This document shows, piece after piece, positions 28,169 through 41,297 of a DNA stretch of 64,000 bases. Location: the NCBI RefSeq assembly GCF_009914755.1, contig NC_060932.1; one strand, 5' to 3'. A model generated the notes under the pieces. It was not told the origin of the DNA. It did not search any database and saw only the letters and a list, made by a program, of their open reading frames with translations. How positions within the stretch are numbered: position 1 is the stretch's first letter; every line of letters begins with the position of its first letter. This DNA is from the human T2T-CHM13v2.0 reference genome, Homo sapiens. The translations under genes were made by a program, and so were the position numbers.

Positions 28169-30489
28169 TAGCACTGAGAATGTCATTACCCGGCTTTGGT
28201 ACATCTATCTTACTTTTTGCTGATAATATTCTAACATGAGGGTAGGTCAGGAGGCTTGACCTCAGATACCTGTAACCTGATCTGTTACTAACTTTGGTGT
28301 ATTAATTAGGTTTGCACTGTGATTATGCTGTGTAAGAAGCAACCCCCCAAAGCTCAGACCAATTCTCAGAAGATTCTCCCTGATTGTTCCAAAATTGTTG
28401 CCAACAGATCTCAAGGCTACTTGCTTCTCATTAACATACTACATTTGGCTCACTCCCTCAACCATTGATTTACAATCTCAGGCTTCATTCTTATTGCACT
28501 AAATTAGGTCATGCTGTTCTCTGAAACAATTACAAACCAGACTAATGCTAATTAGTTTAGGCCTGAGCCACATTTGCCATTCATAGATATGAGGTAGTGT
28601 CCTATTTTCTGAAGTGCATAAACTGCTTGGAGGGCTAACGAGTGATCATTTGAAAGACAACAGGGTGTGAGAGCCAAAAGAAGGTGATAAAAGGCTACTA
28701 GAATCAGCAAATAAGCACAGAATATCATGCTTACATTTCAGATTGCTTATTTCACTTCAAGTTTGTGGTTTAGCTAACTTGGGTCTTAGGAAGAAGAACC
28801 ATGCAATGGCCGTCATCTGAACTCTATGTTAGTAGATACCACTTCAAAGACTGAACTGAGAAAACGTGCAAAGGAAAGATGGAAAGGTGATGAAGAGACA
28901 CTTAGTAAGGGGTGATATTTTCCTTCCACCACCTGAGCTAGTGATAAAGAGCAGCTACTTGAATTTAAACTTTTTCCTCCCCTGGAATGAATGTAAGAAA
29001 CATCTGTGGTACCTCAGTCATTTTTCCAACTCTAGGGGGAACATATTAAAATGTTGGTTATAATAGTAGAGAAAAAGTTACCCAGAAAAATTTTTTCTTG
29101 GCCAAGAAAATAAAATATATACATAAAAAATGGAAAAGGACAAATGTTAAATAATGCAGGAATTCTTTTTAAAAATCCAGTACATCTCAAATTTCTGATG
29201 TGACAAATAAGGATAAAGTTAGGAAATAATTTTAGCAATGGTGAGGACAAGATTATCCCCACTTCTGGGTCATACCCATGGAGTATCTTGGACTCAATGT
29301 TTATTCAATGCGCTGCTATGACTTATCAATGAAGGATTTTCTATCCACAATTGACTGTAGTTATAAAGCTCCTACCTTAAGTTTTTTTCTATATTTCCCT
29401 GCAAGGTGGTTTTGAGCTACCCTGGAGATTTAGGGTGTTCTTCGTAACTCTACTTGCAGCTATTCACCTGGAGAAAGCTCACAACTGTCTGCTTGTTTAT
29501 ATTTTAGGGATGAAATGAAATAATACATGAGATATGGTTGAAATAGTCCTGGGTGGTTGGAAAGTGCATGACCAGTTATCTTTCTTATTGCTGCCTGTTA
29601 TTTTGATCCATATAATTTGAATCACTTTTCTGTAAGGTCAAATTCTGTGTGCTAGTTGCTGCTTCAAGGATTGGGTGGCAGGAAAGTCCAGCAACACCTT
29701 TGTCTGATCTTACAGGATGAATGAAGGAGGCAGCTGGTTTCTAACATCTCTGCTTTGACAGCGCTCAGAGCCACTGGATCCTCAGATACAGTTAAAGTCG
29801 TTGGTAGCTTCTGGAGAAAGAGCACTTGAACATCTTCAAAATGCCAACTTTTTTTCAGGGAATAATATCCATGTGTCTCAAAGTGAAAATTAAATCCAAA
29901 CTTCCCTCATCATCAAACACTTGCTGTTCCTCTTTGAGAACTTGGTGAATCTGGTGCTCGTGAAAACATGGGTTAGTGAGGATCAGTGCAAAAGGCCAAG
30001 TAACACGTCTTTTTTCTACTCTTTGACGCTTCATTTTCATGGCCCTAGTAATTCCTCAATAGAATAAAAGCAAACAGTGAAACAAAAAACATATAGAAAT
30101 GATGCTGACAAGGTACAGAGTCCTCCCACAGTTAATGACACAATACTTGCTAGTTTAATGCAATACAACTTGTACTGATAATTAAACACTGATAATTAAA
30201 TGACAATTTAAAGGTTTGCAGTTACTGCATTTTTACACCATGATTTATTTGAGTAAAGGTTTTGTGATATGTTTTAACTGCATTACTGAATGAAGACCAG
30301 TAAAATAATTTGCATCTTTATTTTGAGGTTTATTTTATTTAAAAAGTACCTATAGAGAAGTTTTGGAAGGTCATGCCCAAAATATAAAATGCAAACTGGA
30401 AAAAACAGTAATGAATATTTTTATACTTATTTATATTTAAAGGAATGTAAATCAAAGTGAAGTTTGATTTTTAAAAAAATGTTTAAGAT

Positions 30490-30750
30490 TAGACCAGGGT
30501 GAAATAGTGGAGGATGTGGAAATAAGTTGTCCAATATCTTGAAGGAAGAACTATCAGGATTTGTAGATGGATTGGATGAGACATGTGAAGGGAGAAAGAG
30601 GAGTCAAGGATAACTCTGATGCTTTGAGTATGAGCACCTGGAACGATGAATTTACTATTGACTGAAAAGAGGAATATGGTGAGCAGAGCAGATTTGGGGT
30701 AGGAATGTGAAGAAGAGGGGTTTGATTTGGGGCATAATGGATTTTAAGTT
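30490..30750. mobile_element. L2 fragment
   Basis: caggatttgtagatggattggat...agaggagtcaaggataactc...gagcacctggaa. Confidence 0.6.
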
Positions 30751-30921
30751 TGATTCTACTATCATAAATGGTTTAAGTACTTTCCCCCAATTTATTTTAA
30801 TTAGATCTATTGGTTTCCAGAATATAATATTTTTCAACTCTAACTAACCTAAGGAAGAGATTTTAAACTTAATTAATAACCTGGCTTTTCAAGAGCTCCA
30901 ACACTAAAAAACAAAGACATA

Positions 30922-31240
<319 letters not shown>

Positions 31241-32950
31241 AAACACACAAAGATATAAGTATCAACATAGTGTCTAATAACTCCCAGGTATTATCACTAT
31301 ATGTTAAGCACTATACTTACAACTTTACAAATGTTATTTTATCTAATCCCCACCATACACTCAGAGATGGTACTATTATTTCCCAGATTTTAAAAAATTG
31401 GGGATTTAAATGGGTCAGGGGACACACAGTACTCAGCACAGCTGGGGGGATCCGTTTGACTGTAAAGTTCATGCTAAAAGCCATTAAAATATATTTCCTG
31501 TACTCATTTATTCTTTATGAAAAATAGTAACATTGATTTTTCATACATATATTCCTAAACATTTATAATTTTTATTTATCTCTTACTTTTTGCGAGCATA
31601 TTCTCATTTAGTTTAAATGCAAAATGGAAACAAATATTTAAATATCAATCACAAAACAATATCTAACATAATTTAATATGACTGGTTTCAATGTAAGAAT
31701 TGATTTGACATCAGGGCAGCCATATGGAATTGTCATCAGGATGTACAGTCAAAAATACATGCTTAAAATATTGCTGAGTAAACTGAAAAATATGTCAATT
31801 ATATACACTAGATAACTTCTTTTTTGAAAATCAGATATATTAGCAAATTATTTTAAAAAGCTGAAAGTGTAGGTATTCCAAATACAGATACTCAGTCTAA
31901 ATATTAAAATATTAAGGTGGGCACCTTAGTCCTTAGGAATGAAGAACAATCTGAATGAAAGAAAACAGGTTAATTAATTACCACTTGCCCTGAAGAAATG
32001 CTATCTCAGGATTTTCCACAGGAAACACCAAGTCTGTGAGGGATGTCCTGAACAAAACAAGACCAGAAGAGCAATCTTGTGGTGCCAAGAGCAAATCTGG
32101 ATTAATCATTAGTGGCTGGTCCTTAGACAAGAGTGGTTTCCTGTTTGGGATGTCACACTCCTGTTTTGAGTTTTGACTACTACCATCAAGACCAGACACC
32201 ATCTTTTCCTACACCATCAGGCCCTGTGGAAGATCCCATAATATGCCACTCTTCTAGCATTTTCTTTAGAGAAAATCACATTAAAAGGAGCATCAATAGT
32301 GGCACTGAAATGGAAAAGGACAGATTGGTGCTTGTGGGGGAAGGAAAGTCTGATTGCCCTGCTCTGGTTGGGTAATGAGGGTTATAAACTGATTCTCCAA
32401 TAGAATCTTTGCTATAGAAAGCCTTCATATGTTATATACAGGTTACAGCAGTTGTCTTTTTTTCATATTTCCCTGGAGTGTCTATGACAGGCAGTATCCA
32501 ATTAAAAGAAATATAGAAAGCTACCCCAAAGAGAGAATACACAAGTGCTGGGACAGGTACCACTATTTTAGGCACCCATGTGAGTTAGTGGAGCTGTGAG
32601 GGCTTGACAGACTACATTATATTTTCATTTTCAATTCCTGCCCCCTCTTGGTGCTTCTGATGGCAGAATTAGCATGAACAGACAGGTTATTTGACTGTTT
32701 CCATCCTTGCTGTCACCTCTTTCACAGATAAAGCCTTTAATCGAAATCAACTATTGTATTCTACCCTGGGTGGCCTGTCACCTGCCCTTTCCATGCTGAC
32801 TGGATAAGCCTAGCTAGAGACTTCCCAGGTGAGCCAGGAAGGGCTGCATCCTCCTCTCCCTCTCATGCACCCCCAACTTGTCAGGATGGGGTACAATTCT
32901 GTTACCCATTTGGAAAGGCTATTTGTTAAAAAGTAAAAAAAATGATTACA

Positions 32951-33468
32951 CAGTGGACCCTTGAATCATGAGTTTGAACTGTGCAGCTTCACGTATACGC
33001 AGATTTTTTTTTCAATAAAAGTTGCACCAAGTGTGCCTGCCTCTCCTGCCTCGCCTGCCTCTCCTGCCTCGCCTGCCTCCCTTTCCACCTCCTTGATCTC
33101 TTCTGCCTCTGCCACCCCTGAGACAGCAAGACCAACCCCTCCTCCTCCTCTTCAGCCTACCCAGTGAGGATGAAGACCTATACAATGATCCACTTCCACT
33201 TAATAAATAGTAAATATATTTTTCTCTTTCTTATGGTTTTCTTAACAACATTGTCTGTTCTCTAGCCTGCTTTATTGTGAGAATGAATACAGTACATAAT
33301 ACATTAACATACAAAATATGTGTTAATCAACTGTGTATGTTATGGGCTTTGGGTCAACAGTAGGCTGTTAGTAGTTAAGTTTTTGGGAAGTCAAAAGTTA
33401 TACATGGATTTTTTTTATTGTGTAGGGGGTCAGTGTCCCTAACCTCCACGTTGTTCAAGGATCAACTA
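32951..33468 (+). mobile_element. Tigger2a/MER28-type Tc1-mariner DNA transposon (non-autonomous)
   Basis: Terminal inverted repeats cagtggacccttgaa ... ttcaaggatcaacta; internal cccctgagacagcaagaccaacccctcctc and gatccacttccacttaat. Confidence 0.85.
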
Positions 33469-33469
33469 A

Positions 33470-33880
33470 TTTTATTATTTATTTATATATTGTGACAAGG
33501 TCTGGCTCTATTGCCTAGGCTGGAGTGCAGTGGCATGGTTTTGGCTCACTGCAGCTTCTACCTCCCAAGCTCAAGTCATTCTCCTTCAGCCTCCTGAGTA
33601 GCTGGGACTATAGGTATGCGCCATCAAGCCTACTAATTTTTGTATTTTTTGTAGAGAGGGGTTTTCACCATGTTGCCGAGGCTGGACTCGAACTTGTGAG
33701 CTCAAGCGATCTGCCCACCTCGGCCTCTCAAAGTGCTGGCATTACAAGCATGAGCCACAGTGCCCAGCCTGTTTTATTATTATTATTATTTTTTGAAGAC
33801 AGGGTATCACTGTGTCACCCAGGCTGGAGTGCAGTGACACAATCACAGCTCACTGCAGCCTCGACCTTCCAGGCTCCAAC
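33470..33880 (-). mobile_element. AluJb (33470-33769) plus adjacent Alu right-arm fragment (33771-33880)
   Basis: gagctcaagcgatctgcccacc; second (TTA)n tail and partial arm. Confidence 0.88.
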
Positions 33881-34513
33881 TAGCTAATTTTAAAATTAAC
33901 TAATAGTTAATAGTTTAATCCTATGCATCCCTAAAAAGAGAATTACAGATGTCTCTAAATTAGATCATTCATTTTCAATCGCCAATTAGCATTAATCAAG
34001 AAACCTCCTTTACCTCTGAGGCTCTTATGCCTAATCTTATGAAAGATCTATATGATTATGCACATCTCATGCTTTTTTCAGAGGGGCTGAATCAATCCTG
34101 AAATCAGACTCTCTCTTTTCCTGAAATTAGTAATATCTGAACTCAACCATGTTCTTTCTTTACTATAATCCATGGATCATCTTCCCTCCTCCCTCCATTT
34201 CTTGTTGATATTGACTGTTCTTCATGCCAGCTATCACTTATTACTTGGCACTTTGCTTTCGTTGCTACCAGCTGTCTTCAAACTTTACTTTTTCTTTTCT
34301 TTCTTTCTTTCTTTTTTTTTTTTGAAAACTGAGTGTCTTTGCAGAAGCACTCTTTCCTTAATGGTGAATGTAGTACACAAACTTACATACATTGAGATTT
34401 TGGAAATAGTAGGCTTTTTTTCCTAGCCTTATTTAAAACCAGATTCAAAGTGAAATACTGAAGGAAAGAAAGAATCTGATCATCTCTCTTTGAAACAAAT
34501 ACCTTTAGAAATT

Positions 34514-34820
34514 CTTTTTTTTTTTTTCTTTTTCTTTTGAGATAGGCAGTCTTGGTCTATCGCCTAGCCTGGAGTGCAGTGGCATGATCTTGGCTCACTG
34601 CAGCCTTGACCTCCTGGGCTCAAGCAATCCCTCCACCTCAGCCTTCTGAGTAGTTGAGACCACTGGTGCATGCCACCATGCTGGGCTAGTTTTTGTATTT
34701 TTTTGTAGAGATGGGGTTTCACCATATTGCCCAGGCTGGTCTTGAATTCCTAGGCTTAAGCAATTTGCCTCCCTCCACCTCCCAAAGTACTAGAATTACA
34801 GGTCTTAGCCACTCTGCCCC
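34514..34820 (-). mobile_element. AluJ
   Basis: Full dimer; TSD tagaaattctt on both sides. Confidence 0.9.
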
Positions 34821-36651
34821 ATCTAGAAATTCTTAATAACCTAAATTAGTGCTAACTAGCAGGCTAATAAAGTCCTGTTTGCTAATTAACATTTTTTTGG
34901 TGCCTCATTGAATGTTAATGTGGTATACCTTCATGTTATTCATTAAAAAAAAAAAAGAATCCTGTGTATTTAATGCATAGAAAGCTGTCTTCCTTTTGGA
35001 TGTCTTAGTCTCTGGTTTACTTCACCATTTCCAGTCTTTATTATTTCTACATGGATAAATGACGATATTTTTCTATTCTTAACTTAAAAACAGGTCACGA
35101 GACAAAAATTTGTTCCAATGCAACTAATCTTTAGATAGCTAGTGCCAAAAAAGCAGCATTCATAATATTGTCCTCAGTGGCTTTCCTTTTGAAACTGTGG
35201 TGCCAGGAAAAATGATTTACTGCCAGCCTGGACTGAGACTTGAGCTTTGTAGAAAAGATTTATTGGTATCAACTTAGCATAATGCCATAATCATCCTGAA
35301 AATACATCTGTCACTATAAACCCTTATTGTCAGGTGCCTGACACTTTCCATAAAACTATGCTTCAAGTGGAAAAGTGATTTGGATTTCACATCCTTTATT
35401 GCAATGTTTCTTGATCATTTAAAAGTCTATCATTTCTATGAACTTTCTGGATACACTAGGGCAGTGTTTCTGGGACCCATCTCTAGATTTCCATGAGACA
35501 GGGGTGGAAACCACAAATGTACACTTTAAACAAGTGCCTGAGGAGATTCTGTTGCAAGTAGTCTTTGAGAAACTCTCTTTGGAAATAGGTATGGTGTTCT
35601 GTGTATTCACTGTGGCTCTGGCTCTACTCTTTTTACATGCATAACTTTGAATAAGTTAATGTGGCCTCTGTGCCTCATTTGTTTCTATATGTATATTTCC
35701 TTACATATGCAATTCATGGTGCAAGTAAACTTTCTGTTCACAAAGAGTGAAGTTTAAAGAAAATAAAGAAGTACCTAACAGAAAGTATAAGCAGGAAGCA
35801 GATGATACATCTTAGTTTTATTTCTCTATAATTCACGACAGCAAACACAAACCCACAAACTAAATTACATGTGTATATACATGTAGCTCTAGAAATAGGG
35901 AATTGGTTTCTGATCAGAATGGGAAACGAGGCCACAGCCTGGCAAACAGTCAAGGTTAGGAGACATAACCACAAGCCAGTGTTTATAGCAAGATGGACAA
36001 TCAGAGAGGGCTTGACTTGGGACCCCAGTCCCAACGAAGACTAAGAAGCTGAAAACATTCCTCAGTATCAATGACAGTCCCTCAGATTTGACCAGAGTTT
36101 AAAGTGCTAAATGCACTTAAGGTAGCTTGAAATTACCATTTATCATATTTGTTAACTTGTCAAGATATAGAGACTTTAAAACTGTGCACAAATTAATTAG
36201 TCCATCATTTATTCTTATCTTTGCCACAAATCAAAGGAGTTCAAAAGTCAACCTAATGGCATTTGTGCATTTCAATTGATTCCAAATGTAGGATTATTAT
36301 AGCGTTTACTTTTTAAAAATAATTTATAGCGAGCATCCTTTGTAATGTGGATCTGTGAGATCTAACTGAGGCCACTTATTTAAAATGTGTAAGTTGATTT
36401 GTATGTAATTGCTGCATTCTGCTTTCTATTTGAAACTCAGAGAAATATCTCCCTTTAATGGGTCTTGGAGAAAGTACAGTGAATCTTGATGTCAATCAAA
36501 AGAAAGAAACTCCCAAGCAGCAGGTAGCTGTTTTATCAGGTAGCTGTTATTTCCAGAATTTTCTATTTTGGTGATACTCCAAGATTTACTGGTTAAATTA
36601 TATACAGTAAAATGAGATATATATTCAAAAAAAGTTTTGCCTTTTAGTCAC

Positions 36652-38645
36652 TGTATTAATCCATTTTCACACTGCTATAAAGAAATACCCAAGATTGGGT
36701 AATTTATAAAGAAAAAAAGGTTTATTTGACTCAGTTCCACATGGCTGGGGTGGCCTCAGGATACTTACAATCATGGTGGAAAGCGAAGGGGAAGCAGGCA
36801 CCTTCTTCACAAGGCAGCAGGAGGGAGTGAGTGAATGAAGTGGGAACTGCCAAACACTATTAAAACCATCAACTCTTGTGAGAAGTCACTCCCTATCACG
36901 AGAACAACATGGGGGAAACTGTCCCCATGATCCAATCACTCCCCTCCTTTGGCACGTGGGGATTACAGGTCCCTCCCTTGACATGTGGGGATTACAATTC
37001 GAGATAGGATTTAAGTGGGGACACAGAGCCAACCCATATCATTCTGCCCCTGGCTCCACCCAAATCTCATGTCCTTTTCACATTTCAAAACCAATCATGC
37101 CTTCCCAATAGTCCCCCAGAGTCTTAACTCATTCCAGCATTAACCCAAAAGTCCAAGTTCTAAGTTTCATCTGAGATAAGTCCCTTCTGCCTATGAGCCT
37201 GTAAAATCAGAAGCAAGTTAGTTACTTGCAAGTTAAAATGAGGGTATAGACATTGGGTAAATATTCCCATTCCAAAGGGGAGAAATTGGCCAAAATAAAG
37301 GGTCTATGGGCCCCATGCAAGTCCAAAACCCAGTGGGGCAGTCATTAAATCTTATAGCTCCAAAATGATCTCCTTTGACTTCATGTCTCACATCCAGGGC
37401 TGGCTGATGCAAGGAGTGGGCTCCCACAGCCTTGGGCAGATCCTTCACAGGCTGGCATTGAGTGCCTGCAGCTTTTCCAGGTTCATGGTGCAAGCTGTCA
37501 GTGGATCTACATTTCTGAGGTCTGAAGGATGGTGGACCTCTTCTCACAACTCTGCTAGTCAGTGCCCCAGTGGGGACTCTGTATCGGGGCTCCAGCCCCA
37601 CATTTCCCTTCCACACTGTATTAGCAGAGGTTCTCTGTGAGGGTTATGCCCCTGCTGCAGCCTGCTGCAGACTTCTGCCTGGACATCCAGGTGTTTCCAT
37701 ACATCCTCTGAAATCTAGGCAGAGATTCTCAAAGCTTTTTTGTCTTCTGTGTACTCACAGGCCCAACACCATGAGAAGCCACCAAGGCTTGGGGCTTGCA
37801 CCCTATGAAGCAATGACCTGAGTTGTGCCTTGTCCCATTTTAGCCATGACTGGAGCTGGAGTGGTTGGGACGCAGGGCACCAAGTTTCAGGGCTGCTCTT
37901 GCGTGGAGCAGTGGAGCAGCTGGCCCACAAAACCATCTTTCCCTCCTAGGCCTCTGGGCCTGTGATGGGAGGGGCTACCACGGAGGTCTCTGATGTTCCC
38001 TGGAGACATTCTCCCCCTTGTCTTGACTATTAACATTTGACTCCTCATTAGTTATGCAAATTTCTGCAGCTGACTTGAATTTCTCCCCAGAAAATGGGGT
38101 TTTCTAATTTCAAACCACCTCTTAGTGAGCATATATAACTGATTGCTTTCAGAATCAACCAGGTGTCTTCTTGAATGCTTTGGTGGTTAAAAATTTCTTC
38201 TGCCAGATACCCTAAATCATCTCTCTCAAGTTCAAAGTTCCACAGATCTCTAGGGTATGGAGAAAATGCAACCAGTCTCTTTACTAAAGCATAGCAAGAG
38301 TGACCTTTACTCCAGTTTCCAACAAGTTCCTTATCTCCATCTGAGACCACCTCAGCCTGGACTTCATTGTCCATATCACTATCAGCATTTTGGTCAAAAT
38401 CATTCCACAAGTCTCTAGGAAGTTCCAAACTTTCCCACATCTTTCTGTCTTCTTTTCTTCTGAACCCTCCAAACTGTTCCAACCTCGTCTTGTTGTCCTG
38501 CTCCAAAGTCGCTTCCATACTTTCAAGTATCTTTACAGCAGTGCCCCACTCCTGGTATCTGTATTAGTCCATTTTTGCACTGCTATAAATACATGAGATT
38601 GGGTAATTTATAAAGGAAAGAGGTTTAATTGACTCACATTTCCAG
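36652..38645 (-). mobile_element. THE1D-like MaLR: LTR 36652-37041, internal 37042-38559, truncated second LTR 38560-38645
   Basis: tgtatta...ccatatca LTR termini; internal ORF remnants (LELPRDLWNDFDQNADSDMDNEVQAEVVSDG) typical of THE1/MST internal sequence. Confidence 0.88.
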
Positions 38646-38885
38646 ATCACTTCAGTCCAGGAGTTCAGTAGTGAGATTCCATCTCTACAGAAATTTAAAA
38701 ATTGGCTAGGTGTGGTAGTGCATGCCTATGGTCCCAGCTACTAGGGAAGTTCAGGCCAGAGGATCACTTGAGTCCAGGAGGTCGAGGCTGCAGGTTGAGG
38801 TTGAGCAGTGATTGTGCCAAGGCAGTGCAACCTGGGTGACAGAGTGAGACTCTGTCTCAAAAAAAAAAAACAAAAAAAAAAAACC
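38645..38885 (+). mobile_element. AluJ lacking its 5' start, fused to the THE1 LTR
   Basis: gatcacttcagtccaggagttc...gagactctgtctc plus A tail. Confidence 0.85.
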
Positions 38886-39635
38886 GAAAAAGAATAAATG
38901 ATTCAAGAAGAGAATTTTCATGGCAGTGCATCTTTGTGGGCCCAATTTCTTATCCATAAAATCACACACACTATTCCTTCCCCAAAAACCCACCCTCCGA
39001 ACCCCACCCAGCATTCTTGGGAATGTTCAAGTACTAGATAGGTGATTTCACCATGAAATTATGAAGTAGAAATATGACTTTCTGCCATTTGATGAAATTA
39101 GGTTTTAGCTATTATGGAAATGTGTTTCAAAGTGAAATTAGACTTGATAGGTTACATTTTATTTCTGTATTTTAATCATATTTCTAATTCATAATTTCAC
39201 GGTGAAATCATCCATCTTGTACTTAAACATTCTGAAGAATGGTGGGTGAGGGTTGGAGGGTGGGTCTTTGGGGAAGAATTGTGTGTATGATGTTATGGGT
39301 AAGAATGGGTTAAAAAGGATGCAAAGCCAGAAAAAGGATTTCTTGAGAAACTTATGAAAGAATGTTGTTACATACAAAATTAAGCATGCAGTGGAGTGGC
39401 ACAGACAGTTGAGTGACATATGTATGTGTTTCACTCACCCTTCACGCCTCAGCTTAGAAATCCCTTCCTCCAGGAAGCCTGTCCTGATCACTAAGGTTAG
39501 ATTAGATGCCCCTCCTATGCAGTTTCACAGCACTCTGTTCAACTCTATCATCGCACTCTTACATCCAATTGCCTGCTCACAGTTCTGCCTCATATAACAA
39601 AACAACAACAAGCATTCACTAAACATTTTACTGAA

Positions 39636-39990
39636 TGTATTAGTCTGTTTTCACACTGCTGATAAAGACATACCCGAAACTGGGAAGAAAAAGAGGTTTA
39701 ATTGGACTTACAGTTTCATATGGCTGGGGAGGCCTCAGAATCATAATGGGAGGTGAAAGGCACTTCTTACATGGCGGCAGCAAGAGAAAAATGAGGAAGA
39801 TGCAAAAGTGGAAACCCCTGATAAAACCGTCAGATCTCATGAAACTTATTCACTACCATGAGAACAGTATGGGAGAAACCGCCCCTATGATTCAAATTAT
39901 CTCCCACTGGGTCCCTCCCACACACTTGGGAATTTTGGGAATACAAATCAAGATGAGATCTGGGTGGGGACACAGACACAAACCATATCA
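39636..39990 (-). mobile_element. Solo THE1A LTR
   Basis: tgtattagtctg...gaggaagatgcaaaagtggaaacccctgataaaacc...ccatatca; 5 bp flanks ctgaa/ctgca. Confidence 0.9.
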
Positions 39991-40767
39991 CTGCATAAAG
40001 CACTCTGCTTAAAGCTTTAAGTGATTATCTTCTTTAATAATAACAACCACCTAGTAAAGTAGGTATTATTATACCATTTTGAAAATGAGGAAATAGAGGT
40101 ATAAGGAGGTGAAGCAACTATCCAAGGTGAAAGAGCTTGGTACATTGGAGAGAAAGAAATCAAATCTAGGTAGTGTTACTAAAAAGCAGGGAAAGTATAT
40201 TTTTATCCCATACTAGCAGAAAGCTGGGCACTTAACATCCAAATATTTGTTGAATGACTCGTTTAATGATTTCAGAGAAGAGGGAGACAGATGAAGACTA
40301 GAGCTATAGAGGAAAACTTGCTAGGGAGAGGGTGGAATTTGAGCTGGGCCTTAAAGAATGGGGGAGATTTAGATGAACTTAAGAGGAAGATAGAGAGCAC
40401 TTGGTGTGGAGAACTTGAGTCAAGCAATGAGAATAGGTATGTTGTGTGCCCTGGGGTCAGTAAGGAATCTGTCATATTATAAAGGAAGAAGCAAGGTAGT
40501 GGGCATGAAGACTGGGTAGACAGGTTGAAGTTAGATTGTTGAAGCCCTCAGAATCCAAACAAAGTCACTGAGTAGTAAGTAGAAAGCCATTAAAAGATTT
40601 TGTTTATGAGCATTACATATTAAGAGCAGTTTTTAAGTCAAAGCATTATGAAAAAAAGCAAGCAACTATCGACAAATTTTGAGGAATGCATATTTAAACT
40701 GATTTCAATGAGGGTAGCTTTCATTTTATAATTTTTACTTAGTTGACTAATGTTAATTGAGTACCTT

Positions 40768-41297
40768 TGAAACCATCATTGCAAAATTGTAACTGAGGCA
40801 GTGAAAGAGATCTGACCCAACCAACTCCATTTTTCTTCTAACCTCCAAGCTGTCCTTGTTTATCCCTGGGCATAGGCTGAACTAACTTTGGGAGGAACTT
40901 AGTTTATAATTTAAAACAAAGATAATAACAGGTCTTTCCCAAGGCAAATTTCCTTCTTGCCTGGGGACTAGACTGCCTTTGTAGGAAGCCACAAGATTAG
41001 AAATTATGGTTTAGGGGTCATGCAGCTGGAGGCTACAAGATTCTGACCCTCCCTAAACTGCTCCTAAAATCAGAGCTTGAGATATATTGCAGACCCTGCA
41101 CTTGATGGATCAGATGGCACCACCCAGATCAATAAATTGGCTCATCTGATCTTGTACCCCACCCCACCCAGGAATTGACCCAGGACAAGACAGCTTCGAC
41201 TCCCTAGGATTTCTTCTCTGACTTGACCAATCAGCACTCCTGTCTCACTGGCTTCCTGCCACCCACCAAGTCGTCCTTGAAAACTCTCATCCCCGAA
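40768..41297 (+). mobile_element. LTR8, 3'-truncated
   Basis: Starts TGAAACC; colinear with 15189-15715 and stops before the R/U5 end. Confidence 0.88.

Noticed and set aside
29855-30040. Unique-sequence ORFs (also 21563-21772, 25595-25864, 46264-46446, 54336-54596)
   Set aside because: 60-90 aa, no recognisable domain and no consistent exon chain; expected by chance.
37233-38596. Longer ORFs of 127-156 aa here and up to 167 aa at 56811-57584
   Set aside because: Decayed THE1 MaLR internal sequence; overlapping frames on both strands and no gene structure.
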